From positions 64,715 to 128,714 of the forward strand of contig JBGVNW010000056.1 of assembly GCA_045125935.1 (NCBI GenBank): DNA of 64,000 bases, in the 5' to 3' direction. The translations under genes and the position numbers were made by a program. This DNA comes from Bacilli bacterium. Its GTDB lineage: Bacteria; Bacillota_I; Bacilli_A; RF39; UBA660. This document shows, in pieces, positions 48,978 through 57,309 of the stretch. The stretch's first letter is position 1. Every line of letters begins with the position of its first letter. Below the pieces are notes generated by a model. It was not told the origin of the DNA. It searched no databases and saw nothing but the letters and a program-made list of their open reading frames with translations.

Positions 48978-49149
48978 GGCTATAAGTATGTCAGATAAAA
49001 TTGTTGTTTTATCTAAGAGGCCAGCTATTGTAAAGAACATTTATGAAATTGAATTAGATAATAAATCTACTCCTATTAATAATCGTAGTTCTAAAAACTT
49101 TTCTTCATACTATGAAGCGATTTGGAGGGATTTAGATGTCCATATCTAG
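48978..49149 (+). pseudogene. ABC importer ATPase, fragment 3 of 3 (C-terminal)
   Basis: AISMSDKIVVLSKRPAIVKNIYEI... The fragments of 416, 162 and 172 nt sum to 750 nt, or 250 codons. Confidence 0.9.
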
Positions 49150-49924
49150 AGAAAAATATTTAAAAAAATTACGCAAAGAAACTTTTTTAGTTAGCTTATT
49201 TAGATTTTTATTAATATTGGTATTTATTGTTGGATGGGAAGTTTTAGCTAGAATTGGAGTTATTAATACTTTTACATTTTCTTCACCTAGTCGGGTTATA
49301 GAAACTATTATCGATTTGGTTAAACAAGGTAATTTATTTTCACATATTGGTGTTACTATATATGAAACCTTACTTAGTTTTTTTCTAGCTACAGTAATTG
49401 GATTAGGTGTTGGAACTTTATTATGGAGTAGTCCATTAGTTTCAAGAATTGTTGATCCATATCTAACAATACTTAATTCTCTTCCTAAAGTTGCACTTGG
49501 ACCACTTATAATTATTTGGGTTGGTGCTAGTACTAATTCAATCATATTTATGTCTTTACTTATTAGTACATTTATTACTATTATTAATATTTATAATGGT
49601 TTTAATAGTACTGATAAGAGCTATATAACATTATTGAAAAGTTTTGGTGCTAGTAAATGGCAAATATTTCGAAAGGTTGTTTTCCCAAGTAATTATGCTA
49701 CTATTATTAGTGCTTTGAAAGTCAATATTTCAATGAATTTAATTGGAGTTATTATGGGAGAATTACTCGTCTCTAAAGAAGGAATTGGATATTTGATTAT
49801 GTATGGATCACAAGTATTTAATATTGATTTAGTTATTACTGGAGTATTTATTTTAGGAATTATTTCTTATTTAATGTATTATGTCATTAATAAATTAGAA
49901 CTGTTTGTTTTAAGGTATAAATAA
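49136..49924 (+). CDS. ABC importer permease (NitT/TauT family)
   Basis: 262 aa with 6 TM helices and an EAA-like loop (ITLLKSFGASKWQIFRKVVFP). Its start overlaps the stop of the ATPase gene. Confidence 0.85.
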   Translation: MSISREKYLKKLRKETFLVSLFRFLLILVFIVGWEVLARIGVINTFTFSSPSRVIETIIDLVKQGNLFSHIGVTIYETLLSFFLATVIGLGVGTLLWSSPLVSRIVDPYLTILNSLPKVALGPLIIIWVGASTNSIIFMSLLISTFITIINIYNGFNSTDKSYITLLKSFGASKWQIFRKVVFPSNYATIISALKVNISMNLIGVIMGELLVSKEGIGYLIMYGSQVFNIDLVITGVFILGIISYLMYYVINKLELFVLRYK

Positions 49925-49963
49925 AAAGAGGTTTTGAATTAAAAGTTCATTTAACCTCTTTTT
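49923..49963. terminator. bidirectional intrinsic terminator
   Basis: 11-bp stem aaaaagaggtt/aacctcttttt between the convergent permease and WXG-cluster genes. Confidence 0.7.
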
Positions 49964-49969
49964 TTATAT

Positions 49970-51124
49970 TTAAACTGTTAGTTTATATGTTTCATCAGAA
50001 CTTGCGAAAGCTTGTCTATCAGTATTTTCTGTTCCGTTATATACATTTGTCATATCTCTTATAGAATATCCCCCACTATTTAACTCAGCATATGATCTGT
50101 AATTTAATACAATACCAGCTTCTGAACCTCGGGCTTCTGCTACTACGAAACGATTATTTTCTGGATCGTTTTCTATAATCATACCAACATGCCCACTACT
50201 TACCATTACATCACCAGGTTGGGCTTCTGACCAATTCTGATATGCTATGCTTTCTCCAACATAGTTAAAGTCAGTAACTGGTCTCCATTGAAATCTATTA
50301 GGCGTTCCCTTATCTACACAGTAAGAGGTCCATGGATTACAATCTACTCCGTTCATTACATATGCTGTGCTTACATACGGATTTGAGTTTGTTCCTTGGT
50401 GTTTATAGTCGAGTTTAACACCTTTATCAGCTGCTAGTTTCAATAAGGTTAGCGCAGTATTTACTGCTGCTTCTCTTCCAGTATATGTATTTTGAATTGT
50501 ATTTAATATACTTGTGATGTATTGAAAACCTGAGCCCTCTACGACATTTCCGTTTTCATCAACTTGGTTGTAGAATGAATCTAGAGTTGCATTTCCTTTA
50601 AGTTGTATTAATAAATTTTTACCTGCCGCTTTTTCTTCAGCAGTAAGTATATGGTCATATGCTGCCAATAGTTCACTAATACCTGTTACATAATTGAATT
50701 CAACATTGTAATTTACTAACGTAGTAGACGTTCCTACTGGTGTAACTTGAGCTAATATTCCCTCTATTTGAGTCCTTAAATTTTGATTTTCTTGTTCTAA
50801 TTGACTAATTTGGCTCTGGATAGAAGCTCTCTCACTAGCATTCTTTTCATTATCAGGAATACACATTAATTGAAATTTTAGTTTGGCTATTTGTTCCTTA
50901 TTTTGTTTATACTTATTCAGTAAATCTAATGCATCGAAGAAGCCACTTAATTTTGCTCTTTCTGCATTTAATTTGTTTACAACATTAGATAGTGCTGAAA
51001 CTAGTGCTGTTGCAGCTGATCCAGACCAAATTAAATCAAATGCAATATTTCCAATACTTTTTTGTGTACTTTCTAAATTAGTAGATTCATTTTTTCCATT
51101 TGTGGCAGTTTGACTATAACTCAT
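49970..51124 (-). CDS. WXG-type N-terminal domain fused to an NlpC/P60 peptidoglycan endopeptidase
   Basis: 384 aa with no Sec signal. It has FDLIWSGSAATAL (WxG), then a coiled coil. The C-terminus has GVDCNPWTSYC (Cys) and GDVMVSSGHVGMII (His). Confidence 0.7.
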   Translation of the reverse strand: MSYSQTATNGKNESTNLESTQKSIGNIAFDLIWSGSAATALVSALSNVVNKLNAERAKLSGFFDALDLLNKYKQNKEQIAKLKFQLMCIPDNEKNASERASIQSQISQLEQENQNLRTQIEGILAQVTPVGTSTTLVNYNVEFNYVTGISELLAAYDHILTAEEKAAGKNLLIQLKGNATLDSFYNQVDENGNVVEGSGFQYITSILNTIQNTYTGREAAVNTALTLLKLAADKGVKLDYKHQGTNSNPYVSTAYVMNGVDCNPWTSYCVDKGTPNRFQWRPVTDFNYVGESIAYQNWSEAQPGDVMVSSGHVGMIIENDPENNRFVVAEARGSEAGIVLNYRSYAELNSGGYSIRDMTNVYNGTENTDRQAFASSDETYKLTV

Positions 51125-51141
51125 AATGTATTTCTCCTAAC

Positions 51142-51408
51142 TTATTGATTTTCAGCCGTGTTTACAATTTCGATTAACATGTTTTCAATATTTTTCATTT
51201 TATTATGATATTCTTTTCCATCCGCAACTAAATCATTAGTTACATTTGTAAATCCATCAGCAGCATTTCCTTTCCAGTACTCATTTAATGTTTTAACCTC
51301 TTGTTGTATTGAATCCATAATATCAATTGCATCATTGTTTAACTGAGTCATTTTAGCTCCCCAGGCTTGTAAAACGTCTTTTTCAATGTATGTATACGGA
51401 TCATTCAT
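51142..51408 (-). CDS. WXG100 (ESAT-6/EsxA-like) protein
   Basis: 88 aa from the ATG at 51408, after AAGGAGGA. It has a central EYWKGNAADGF, a canonical WxG followed by AAxxF. Confidence 0.75.
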   Translation of the reverse strand: MNDPYTYIEKDVLQAWGAKMTQLNNDAIDIMDSIQQEVKTLNEYWKGNAADGFTNVTNDLVADGKEYHNKMKNIENMLIEIVNTAENQ

Positions 51409-51412
51409 TTTA

Positions 51413-51706
51413 TTATCCTCCTTGAGTATAAGCTTGCTCATGTTCAGCAGCACATCTTGCTTTTTCTTTTAACTTCATTACATTATAAGAAAGCTTTAAT
51501 GATCTATTGTTATGGATTGTCATATATCCGTTACAGGTATTATTGAATGCTTCTTTCATAGCAGTATCTTTCCATGATGGCGAACTGTAAATATTATCGA
51601 TTAGACTTTGAATTTCCTCTAATTTACTATTGTAATTATCAATTAAATTTGTTAATCTTGTCGCGCTTGCTGTCATCTCTTCTGGAACGTGTTTATATTT
51701 ACCCAA
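51413..51706 (-). CDS. WXG100-like small helical protein (SWKD variant)
   Basis: About 97 aa from TTG 51706, with RBS AGGAGA 7 nt upstream. The alternative ATG is 51676. It has a central SPSWKDTAMKEAF. Confidence 0.5.
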   Translation of the reverse strand: MGKYKHVPEEMTASATRLTNLIDNYNSKLEEIQSLIDNIYSSPSWKDTAMKEAFNNTCNGYMTIHNNRSLKLSYNVMKLKEKARCAAEHEQAYTQGG

Positions 51707-51761
51707 AAAATCATCTCCTAGAAAAAAAACTTTTTGTAAGCATGTTATAAAAAGTTTTAAA

Positions 51762-52043
51762 TTATTCAGTTTCCATTGTATTCGCAATGGCAATTATATC
51801 GTTTGCTGATTTTATAACTTGTCCATATGTTAGTTTGAACATACTTCTAAATTGATCTAATTCAGCTCTTAACTCTGCTGGTTTTCTATTTCCTTGATAA
51901 ACTGCTGTATCAACATTATCAATTTTTTCTATTTCTCTTGAAACGTTATTTAGTAATGATTCTAATTCATTTGCGATTGTTTTCATTCTTGTTGCTTTTG
52001 CCCTAGCTTCCGCAGGGTTAACTATCATTCTTCCGTCTGCCAT
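51762..52043 (-). CDS. WXG100-like small helical protein (YQG variant)
   Basis: 93 aa with RBS GGGAGG. It is a helix-turn-helix hairpin with a central AVYQGN. Confidence 0.55.
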   Translation of the reverse strand: MADGRMIVNPAEARAKATRMKTIANELESLLNNVSREIEKIDNVDTAVYQGNRKPAELRAELDQFRSMFKLTYGQVIKSANDIIAIANTMETE

Positions 52044-52063
52044 GTATATAACCTCCCTATTTA

Positions 52064-52381
52064 TTATTCTAGTGGATTTCCACTATTAATTCTACTTTGA
52101 AGATATGCTTCATCACTATCAATATTTTGTGCGCGATTTTTCATTAATTCTGCACATTCATTAAAAGTTGTTTCATATTTTAAATACTCTCCTTTTTGTG
52201 CCTGAAAAGTATTTAAGAAATCTGAAGATAATCCTCCTTTAAATTGTGATGATCCTGCAAAGTCTTCTACTAGTGAATATAATGTACGTATTAAGCTACC
52301 ATAATCACCAGAATTACTATCCATTGTAGTTGACCAATTTCTCATTTGATCTGTGTCGTGACTTACTATTCCTGTCGCCAT
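52064..52381 (-). CDS. WXG100-like small helical protein (FKG variant)
   Basis: 105 aa with RBS GAGGAGG and a central SQFKGGLSSDF. Confidence 0.5.
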   Translation of the reverse strand: MATGIVSHDTDQMRNWSTTMDSNSGDYGSLIRTLYSLVEDFAGSSQFKGGLSSDFLNTFQAQKGEYLKYETTFNECAELMKNRAQNIDSDEAYLQSRINSGNPLE

Positions 52382-52460
52382 ATTTAAACCTCCTCTATTT
52401 TTTTATTATATCATCATATCATTTTATAAAAAACATTATTTACAAAAGATTACACTTAAT

Positions 52461-53576
52461 TTACTTATATCCATATCTATTTCCAGTTTCAGTTATCATA
52501 TTATCACTATATGATGTAGAGCCATTAGATCTATAGAACAGATAATCATGATTTCTTACTCCTGATAAGCAATCTGAAACGGCTTTACTTACAGTTTCTG
52601 TATAATTACCGTTTAACCTACTTTCGTAACTTCCTGAGTCATAAACAGCAAATTGTCCTGGTGCAGTTATTTGTTGAATTGGATTTCTAGAATATTTATT
52701 TACCCAATTAGATGTTTCACATCTGTTTAAAATTGTTGTTGTTACTGCTAACGCATCATCATAAGTACCATCACTTTCAGCAGCTACTACAGCACAAATC
52801 ATATCATAATCTGTACTTGATACTTCATATTTTAAATTTCCTGTTGTGACTTGAAATCCTTGATCAGTATTATTGTGATATACACTTAAATCAAGATCAG
52901 AATTAGAGTCTCCTGGCGATATAACAACGTTACCATAAGAGCTTATTTGTCCTAGTTCTGGATATACTACTGATGGTGACTGATAAACTGTCCTTTCAGT
53001 AATTTCACCACTTACATCACCTGTTTTTTGTGTGTTAGGATTTGTATTTACATATTCTGATGCCAGTATTGCTGCTGATTTAAATGTCCCTGTTGACACT
53101 GATTCCTCCGCATTATTACTTTTAATACCACTAATTAGGCCTGCTGCAAGTGTTACTGGTGTTGTTAGTCCATCAATAAAATCACCGGTAACTTCTTCTA
53201 AAGCATTGGCTATTTTTTTTGATGGGCTTAATATAGCTGCACTATACGATGTTGTTAAAAAATCCCCAACTTTTTCTGTTATTCTGTTTAAAGAAAATAC
53301 ACCGGTATCCGTACTAATATCATCTTGATCTAATGTTGCTATTCCATTGGTATAATCAGCTATATTTTTTGAAACATTTTTCATATCTGAGGCAATTGTT
53401 TTTAAATTACTACGTAATGTATTTCCTGCAGATGAAACGTCCATTCCATCATAATCACGTGCTTGTTTAATAATTGTATTCAACTGTCCTACTGAATCGT
53501 CCAACTGATCAGATAATGTTTTTAATTGATTAGATAAACTTGACAATTCATTAACGTCTGTAATTTCAGTCTGCAT
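52461..53576 (-). CDS. helical N-terminal (LXG-like?) domain fused to an SleB/CwlJ-type cell-wall hydrolase domain
   Basis: 371 aa with no Sec signal. The N-terminal ~100 aa are helical. The C-terminus has MICAVVAAESDGTYDDALAVTTTILNR...ITAPGQFAVY, typical of the Hydrolase_2 (SleB/CwlJ) family. Confidence 0.6.
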   Translation of the reverse strand: MQTEITDVNELSSLSNQLKTLSDQLDDSVGQLNTIIKQARDYDGMDVSSAGNTLRSNLKTIASDMKNVSKNIADYTNGIATLDQDDISTDTGVFSLNRITEKVGDFLTTSYSAAILSPSKKIANALEEVTGDFIDGLTTPVTLAAGLISGIKSNNAEESVSTGTFKSAAILASEYVNTNPNTQKTGDVSGEITERTVYQSPSVVYPELGQISSYGNVVISPGDSNSDLDLSVYHNNTDQGFQVTTGNLKYEVSSTDYDMICAVVAAESDGTYDDALAVTTTILNRCETSNWVNKYSRNPIQQITAPGQFAVYDSGSYESRLNGNYTETVSKAVSDCLSGVRNHDYLFYRSNGSTSYSDNMITETGNRYGYK

Positions 53577-53733
53577 TATATATACTCACCTCTATTATTT
53601 TTATTATAGCATAAATTATCATTATAATAAAAGGTCTTTTTAGTTTTACATTGATTTTACATATCTATTTAAAACATAAAAGACTCATGTTGAAAATAAG
53701 ATATTATACTTAATTTCCGTATGAGTCCTGTTT

Positions 53734-54666
53734 TTATTTTTTTCTAATAACTGTTCCTGTTTTTCCTTCTAATGCTAATCTTGCTTTTTTTAGGGATGTA
53801 ATCATTGCATATCCAGTTGTAGTTTTAGAAGCAAAATCAATACATGCTTCTACTTTTGGTAACATACTTCCTTCAGCAAACTCTTTTGCTGCTATAAATT
53901 CCTTTGCCTCTTTTATTGTCATAGTACGGAGTTTTTGTTCATCTTCTTCTTTATAATTTATAGCAACTTGATCTACTGCTGTTAATATTAGTAGTACATC
54001 GGCTTTTAAATCAATTGCTAAACGTGCACTTGTACGATCTTTGTCAATTACAGCATCAACGCCTTTGTAACCGTTACGATATTTAATAACTGGAATTCCG
54101 CCGCCTCCACAAGCAATAACAATGTTTCCTTTATTAATTAGATCTTTAATTGTTTTTATTTCTACTATTTTTTGTGGTTTTGGACTTGGTACAACTCGAC
54201 GATATCCACGACCTGCATCTTCTTTCATTGTATAACCTTTTTCGGCACTTAACTTATCTGCTTCTTCTTTAGTATAGAATGTACCAATTGGTTTAGTTGG
54301 ATTTTTGAAAGCAGGATCTTCTTTATCAACTTCTACTTGAGTAACTACGGTTAAACAGTTTCGACGCATTCCTCTTTTTAAAATTTCTCTTTGTATTGAT
54401 TGTTGTAAATGATATCCAATATATCCTTGACTCATTGCTCCACATTCAGCAAATGGCATTTCTGGAGATTCAATTTCTTGATGTGAAACTTCCATAGCCA
54501 AATTAATCATTCCAACTTGTGGTCCATTTCCGTGTGTTACGATTACTCTGTTACCGGCCTCAACTAAATCAACAATATTTTTGGCAGTGGTTTTTACTAA
54601 CTCTAATTGTTCTTCGGGAGTATTTCCTAAAGCATTTCCTCCTAATGCAATTACAATTTTTTTCAT
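53734..54666 (-). CDS. arcC: carbamate kinase
   Basis: RBS AGAGAGGA precedes MKKIVIALGGNALG. It also has THGNGPQVG and ACGGGGIPV. Confidence 0.85.
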   Translation of the reverse strand: MKKIVIALGGNALGNTPEEQLELVKTTAKNIVDLVEAGNRVIVTHGNGPQVGMINLAMEVSHQEIESPEMPFAECGAMSQGYIGYHLQQSIQREILKRGMRRNCLTVVTQVEVDKEDPAFKNPTKPIGTFYTKEEADKLSAEKGYTMKEDAGRGYRRVVPSPKPQKIVEIKTIKDLINKGNIVIACGGGGIPVIKYRNGYKGVDAVIDKDRTSARLAIDLKADVLLILTAVDQVAINYKEEDEQKLRTMTIKEAKEFIAAKEFAEGSMLPKVEACIDFASKTTTGYAMITSLKKARLALEGKTGTVIRKK

Positions 54667-54823
54667 TTTAATTCCTCTCTTATTCTTATGTATTTTATAT
54701 TTTGAGTATATCATATGGAGTTTTTTTAGTAAATTGTTTATTAATGTATTTGACATAGATTGTTCTGTTGAAAAGTTTGATATTTTTATATGTTGTTAGG
54801 TGGTTGGAATAAAAAAAACAAGA

Positions 54824-55696
54824 TTAGTCTTCTTGTATTTTTTGGGGACTTATATTTGAAAATAATTTCATGTGTTTTTTAGTTGCAAAGTACTCTTCCC
54901 GTTCTCTTTTTAGTGCCTCACTTTTTTCCCATTCCTTTGGATAATATATTTTACTTTGCTCTAGTTCATAATTTCTTTCCGCTAGTTCTGGAATGTTTAC
55001 GCCAAAAAGTAGCATATCAAGTATTTCAATATAACTTGCCAACTCACATCTTGATTCATCAATTTGTTCTTTATGAAATTCTAAATATTTAGGTTCCATT
55101 TCACTTATCTTTTGTGAATTAATTATTTGCATATTGAAATTATCTTTAAACCAACTACTCTTTAGAATTCTTTTTGTTAAGCCGTCTACTAAATATAATT
55201 CACCATTAATATCAACTTCAATAAATGGTCTTGATTTATCTATTTGTATTCCCCTAGTTGGTGATATATAAGTAGCTTCTATAAAATTTACTTCTTCAAA
55301 AACAGACGAAATAGCTCTATTAACATCATAAACACAATATCGACCTACCTTTACAGGTGGCCTAGCTAGAAACAATGTTACTGGAATATAATGTGCAGCG
55401 GCTGGTATTTTGTGACGTAATTTATCTTTCATCCATAGAGGGATGCCACAGATATTTGGGTGCTCCTGATAACAGTAGTGTTCTTGATCATCTACTATAG
55501 ATAGATTTTCCCAATCTAGAGATTGCTTTGTTGGATCGATTTGTTCTCTATACACTAAAGCATCCATTATTGTTGCTTGAATTGCCTCTTTTTCTAAAGG
55601 TGGCAAATTGGGATGTTCAGCAATATAATCTAATATGTGCCAACATCTATAAAACACTTCGTTAGTTATTACTTCATAATCTACTAAATTTTTCAT
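54824..55696 (-). CDS. hypothetical protein (290 aa)
   Basis: Long ORF lying 11 nt downstream of the methyltransferase-like gene. No motifs recognised. Confidence 0.4.
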   Translation of the reverse strand: MKNLVDYEVITNEVFYRCWHILDYIAEHPNLPPLEKEAIQATIMDALVYREQIDPTKQSLDWENLSIVDDQEHYCYQEHPNICGIPLWMKDKLRHKIPAAAHYIPVTLFLARPPVKVGRYCVYDVNRAISSVFEEVNFIEATYISPTRGIQIDKSRPFIEVDINGELYLVDGLTKRILKSSWFKDNFNMQIINSQKISEMEPKYLEFHKEQIDESRCELASYIEILDMLLFGVNIPELAERNYELEQSKIYYPKEWEKSEALKREREEYFATKKHMKLFSNISPQKIQED

Positions 55697-55707
55697 ATTA
55701 TCACCAT

Positions 55708-56886
55708 TTATTTAAAGAATATTTTAGGATGATTGTCTGATTGAATCACGGTTCTTGCCCTAGTCATGTTCATGTGTATATTTCTTAAGCGATTCATGTC
55801 AATTGCTTCATTAGATTCAACCTTATCTATGTTATTGGCATACCATCCCAATAAAGTATTTCTAAAATCTGGAAGTTCTACTAGATGATATAAATCTTCA
55901 TAACTTTTAATTTTAGTTTCTTCAACTAGATCTTTAGCAATTTTATCTGTCAAGAAATTATGTCCTGGTAAATTAGCAAGTGACCTTTCTGGTATAGTGG
56001 CGTTGTTTTGTCCTTCAACACAATCTGCCCTTGTTGCAGCAATCAGAATTCCTGTTTGTATATCATATTGTAATTCATCTTCTAGCCAGTAGGAGAATTT
56101 TACAGTTGGATTTGCTTTTTCTATTTCTAAGCATCTCAAGTATGGATATATCATATCGATTGTGTCATACCAAATATCGACATTTACATGATTAAATACT
56201 GATAAATCTGCTGTTTTTAAGTAATCGATTCCATCTGAACATACTGTCTGAACTTTTTCACAATTTTCAAATTGTGGAAGAATGTAAGTAGTAAAAAGAG
56301 CAAGTACATCCTGATTATTATCAACAACAGTTATACTTGTAACATCTTCTTTTCTTGATAACATGTATGCTACATACCCTAAACCACAACCTAATAATAG
56401 TACATTTCCCGTTGCTTCATTGATAAATTGTTCAAATGATTGAATCTCATTTGGTTCAACGGTCATCCAACAAGTAGTTTTTTCACCTTCAACTAGTCCT
56501 GGAAAACGTAGACTTTTATCACAAACAAAATAGCTATTAACTTGGCGCATTGTCGCTAAATCTCTTTTTTTTGTTCCTAATTTAGTAATAATGCCCGGTC
56601 TTATTATTCTTCTTTTTGATAACTTAAAGTTATTAGATGCTACATTGGGAACATTAATATTTTTTAAGTATGGGTTTGCCATTATTTCTTCTCTTGTCAT
56701 AGTTTTAATTTCTGACTTATGTAAATTTGGCCTTTTGGCAGCTTTGGACATTTTTTCAAGTTCGGCCAGTGTCATCTCACCATTATCAACCATCCCATTG
56801 AACATATCATATAAAATTAATTCTTCTTCTAAAATGCTTTGAATTATGTCTTGAACTTCACGCATTTTTCTTGTATTTGCAATCAT
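55708..56886 (-). CDS. class I SAM-methyltransferase-fold protein (spermidine-synthase-like) with ~150-aa N-terminal extension
   Basis: VLLLGCGLGYVAYML (motif I), ITVVDNNQDV (acidic motif II) and VNVDIW (motif IV-like). Confidence 0.5.
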   Translation of the reverse strand: MIANTRKMREVQDIIQSILEEELILYDMFNGMVDNGEMTLAELEKMSKAAKRPNLHKSEIKTMTREEIMANPYLKNINVPNVASNNFKLSKRRIIRPGIITKLGTKKRDLATMRQVNSYFVCDKSLRFPGLVEGEKTTCWMTVEPNEIQSFEQFINEATGNVLLLGCGLGYVAYMLSRKEDVTSITVVDNNQDVLALFTTYILPQFENCEKVQTVCSDGIDYLKTADLSVFNHVNVDIWYDTIDMIYPYLRCLEIEKANPTVKFSYWLEDELQYDIQTGILIAATRADCVEGQNNATIPERSLANLPGHNFLTDKIAKDLVEETKIKSYEDLYHLVELPDFRNTLLGWYANNIDKVESNEAIDMNRLRNIHMNMTRARTVIQSDNHPKIFFK

Positions 56887-57263
56887 TTAATCATCCCCTT
56901 TTTTGTCGCTATATTATACTATATTATGTTGTAGATGTCAATTTTACACTTACCACTGACTACAAGAAAAATGAATATAAGTTAATTAAAGAGTATAATG
57001 ATTTGAAATTTGTATATAAAAAGTTAGCTTGATAATTTAGTTATGATAGAAAAGAAGTATTTTGTAAATTTGTGTATAATTTGGAGATTTTCACAATTTA
57101 AAAGGAATGATGAAAAGTTCATTCCTTACGATTAGATTTTTATAACAATTTGCTGAAAAGATAAATATCATTACTAGATTAGTATTTAAAATAACAACCT
57201 TTTTATTAACTGGAATTTAATCAGTTGTTTATATTATATTTTCTTTTTTTATTTATAGGAAGT

Positions 57264-57304
57264 AAAAGTGCCGTTATTGTTTTTGTAACAGTATCGGCAC
57301 TTTT
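57264..57304 (-). terminator. terminator-like hairpin after the sulfotransferase gene
   Basis: 10-bp stem aaaagtgccg/cggcactttt with a long 21-nt loop. Confidence 0.4.
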
Positions 57305-57309
57305 TATTA

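Noticed and set aside
49970-53733. Looked for T7SS core genes (EssC FtsK-like ATPase, EsaA, EssA/B, EsaB) adjacent to the WXG100 cluster
   Set aside because: None is present in the window. The flanks are the ABC permease and arcC. I therefore do not call this a T7SS locus, only a cluster of substrate-like genes.
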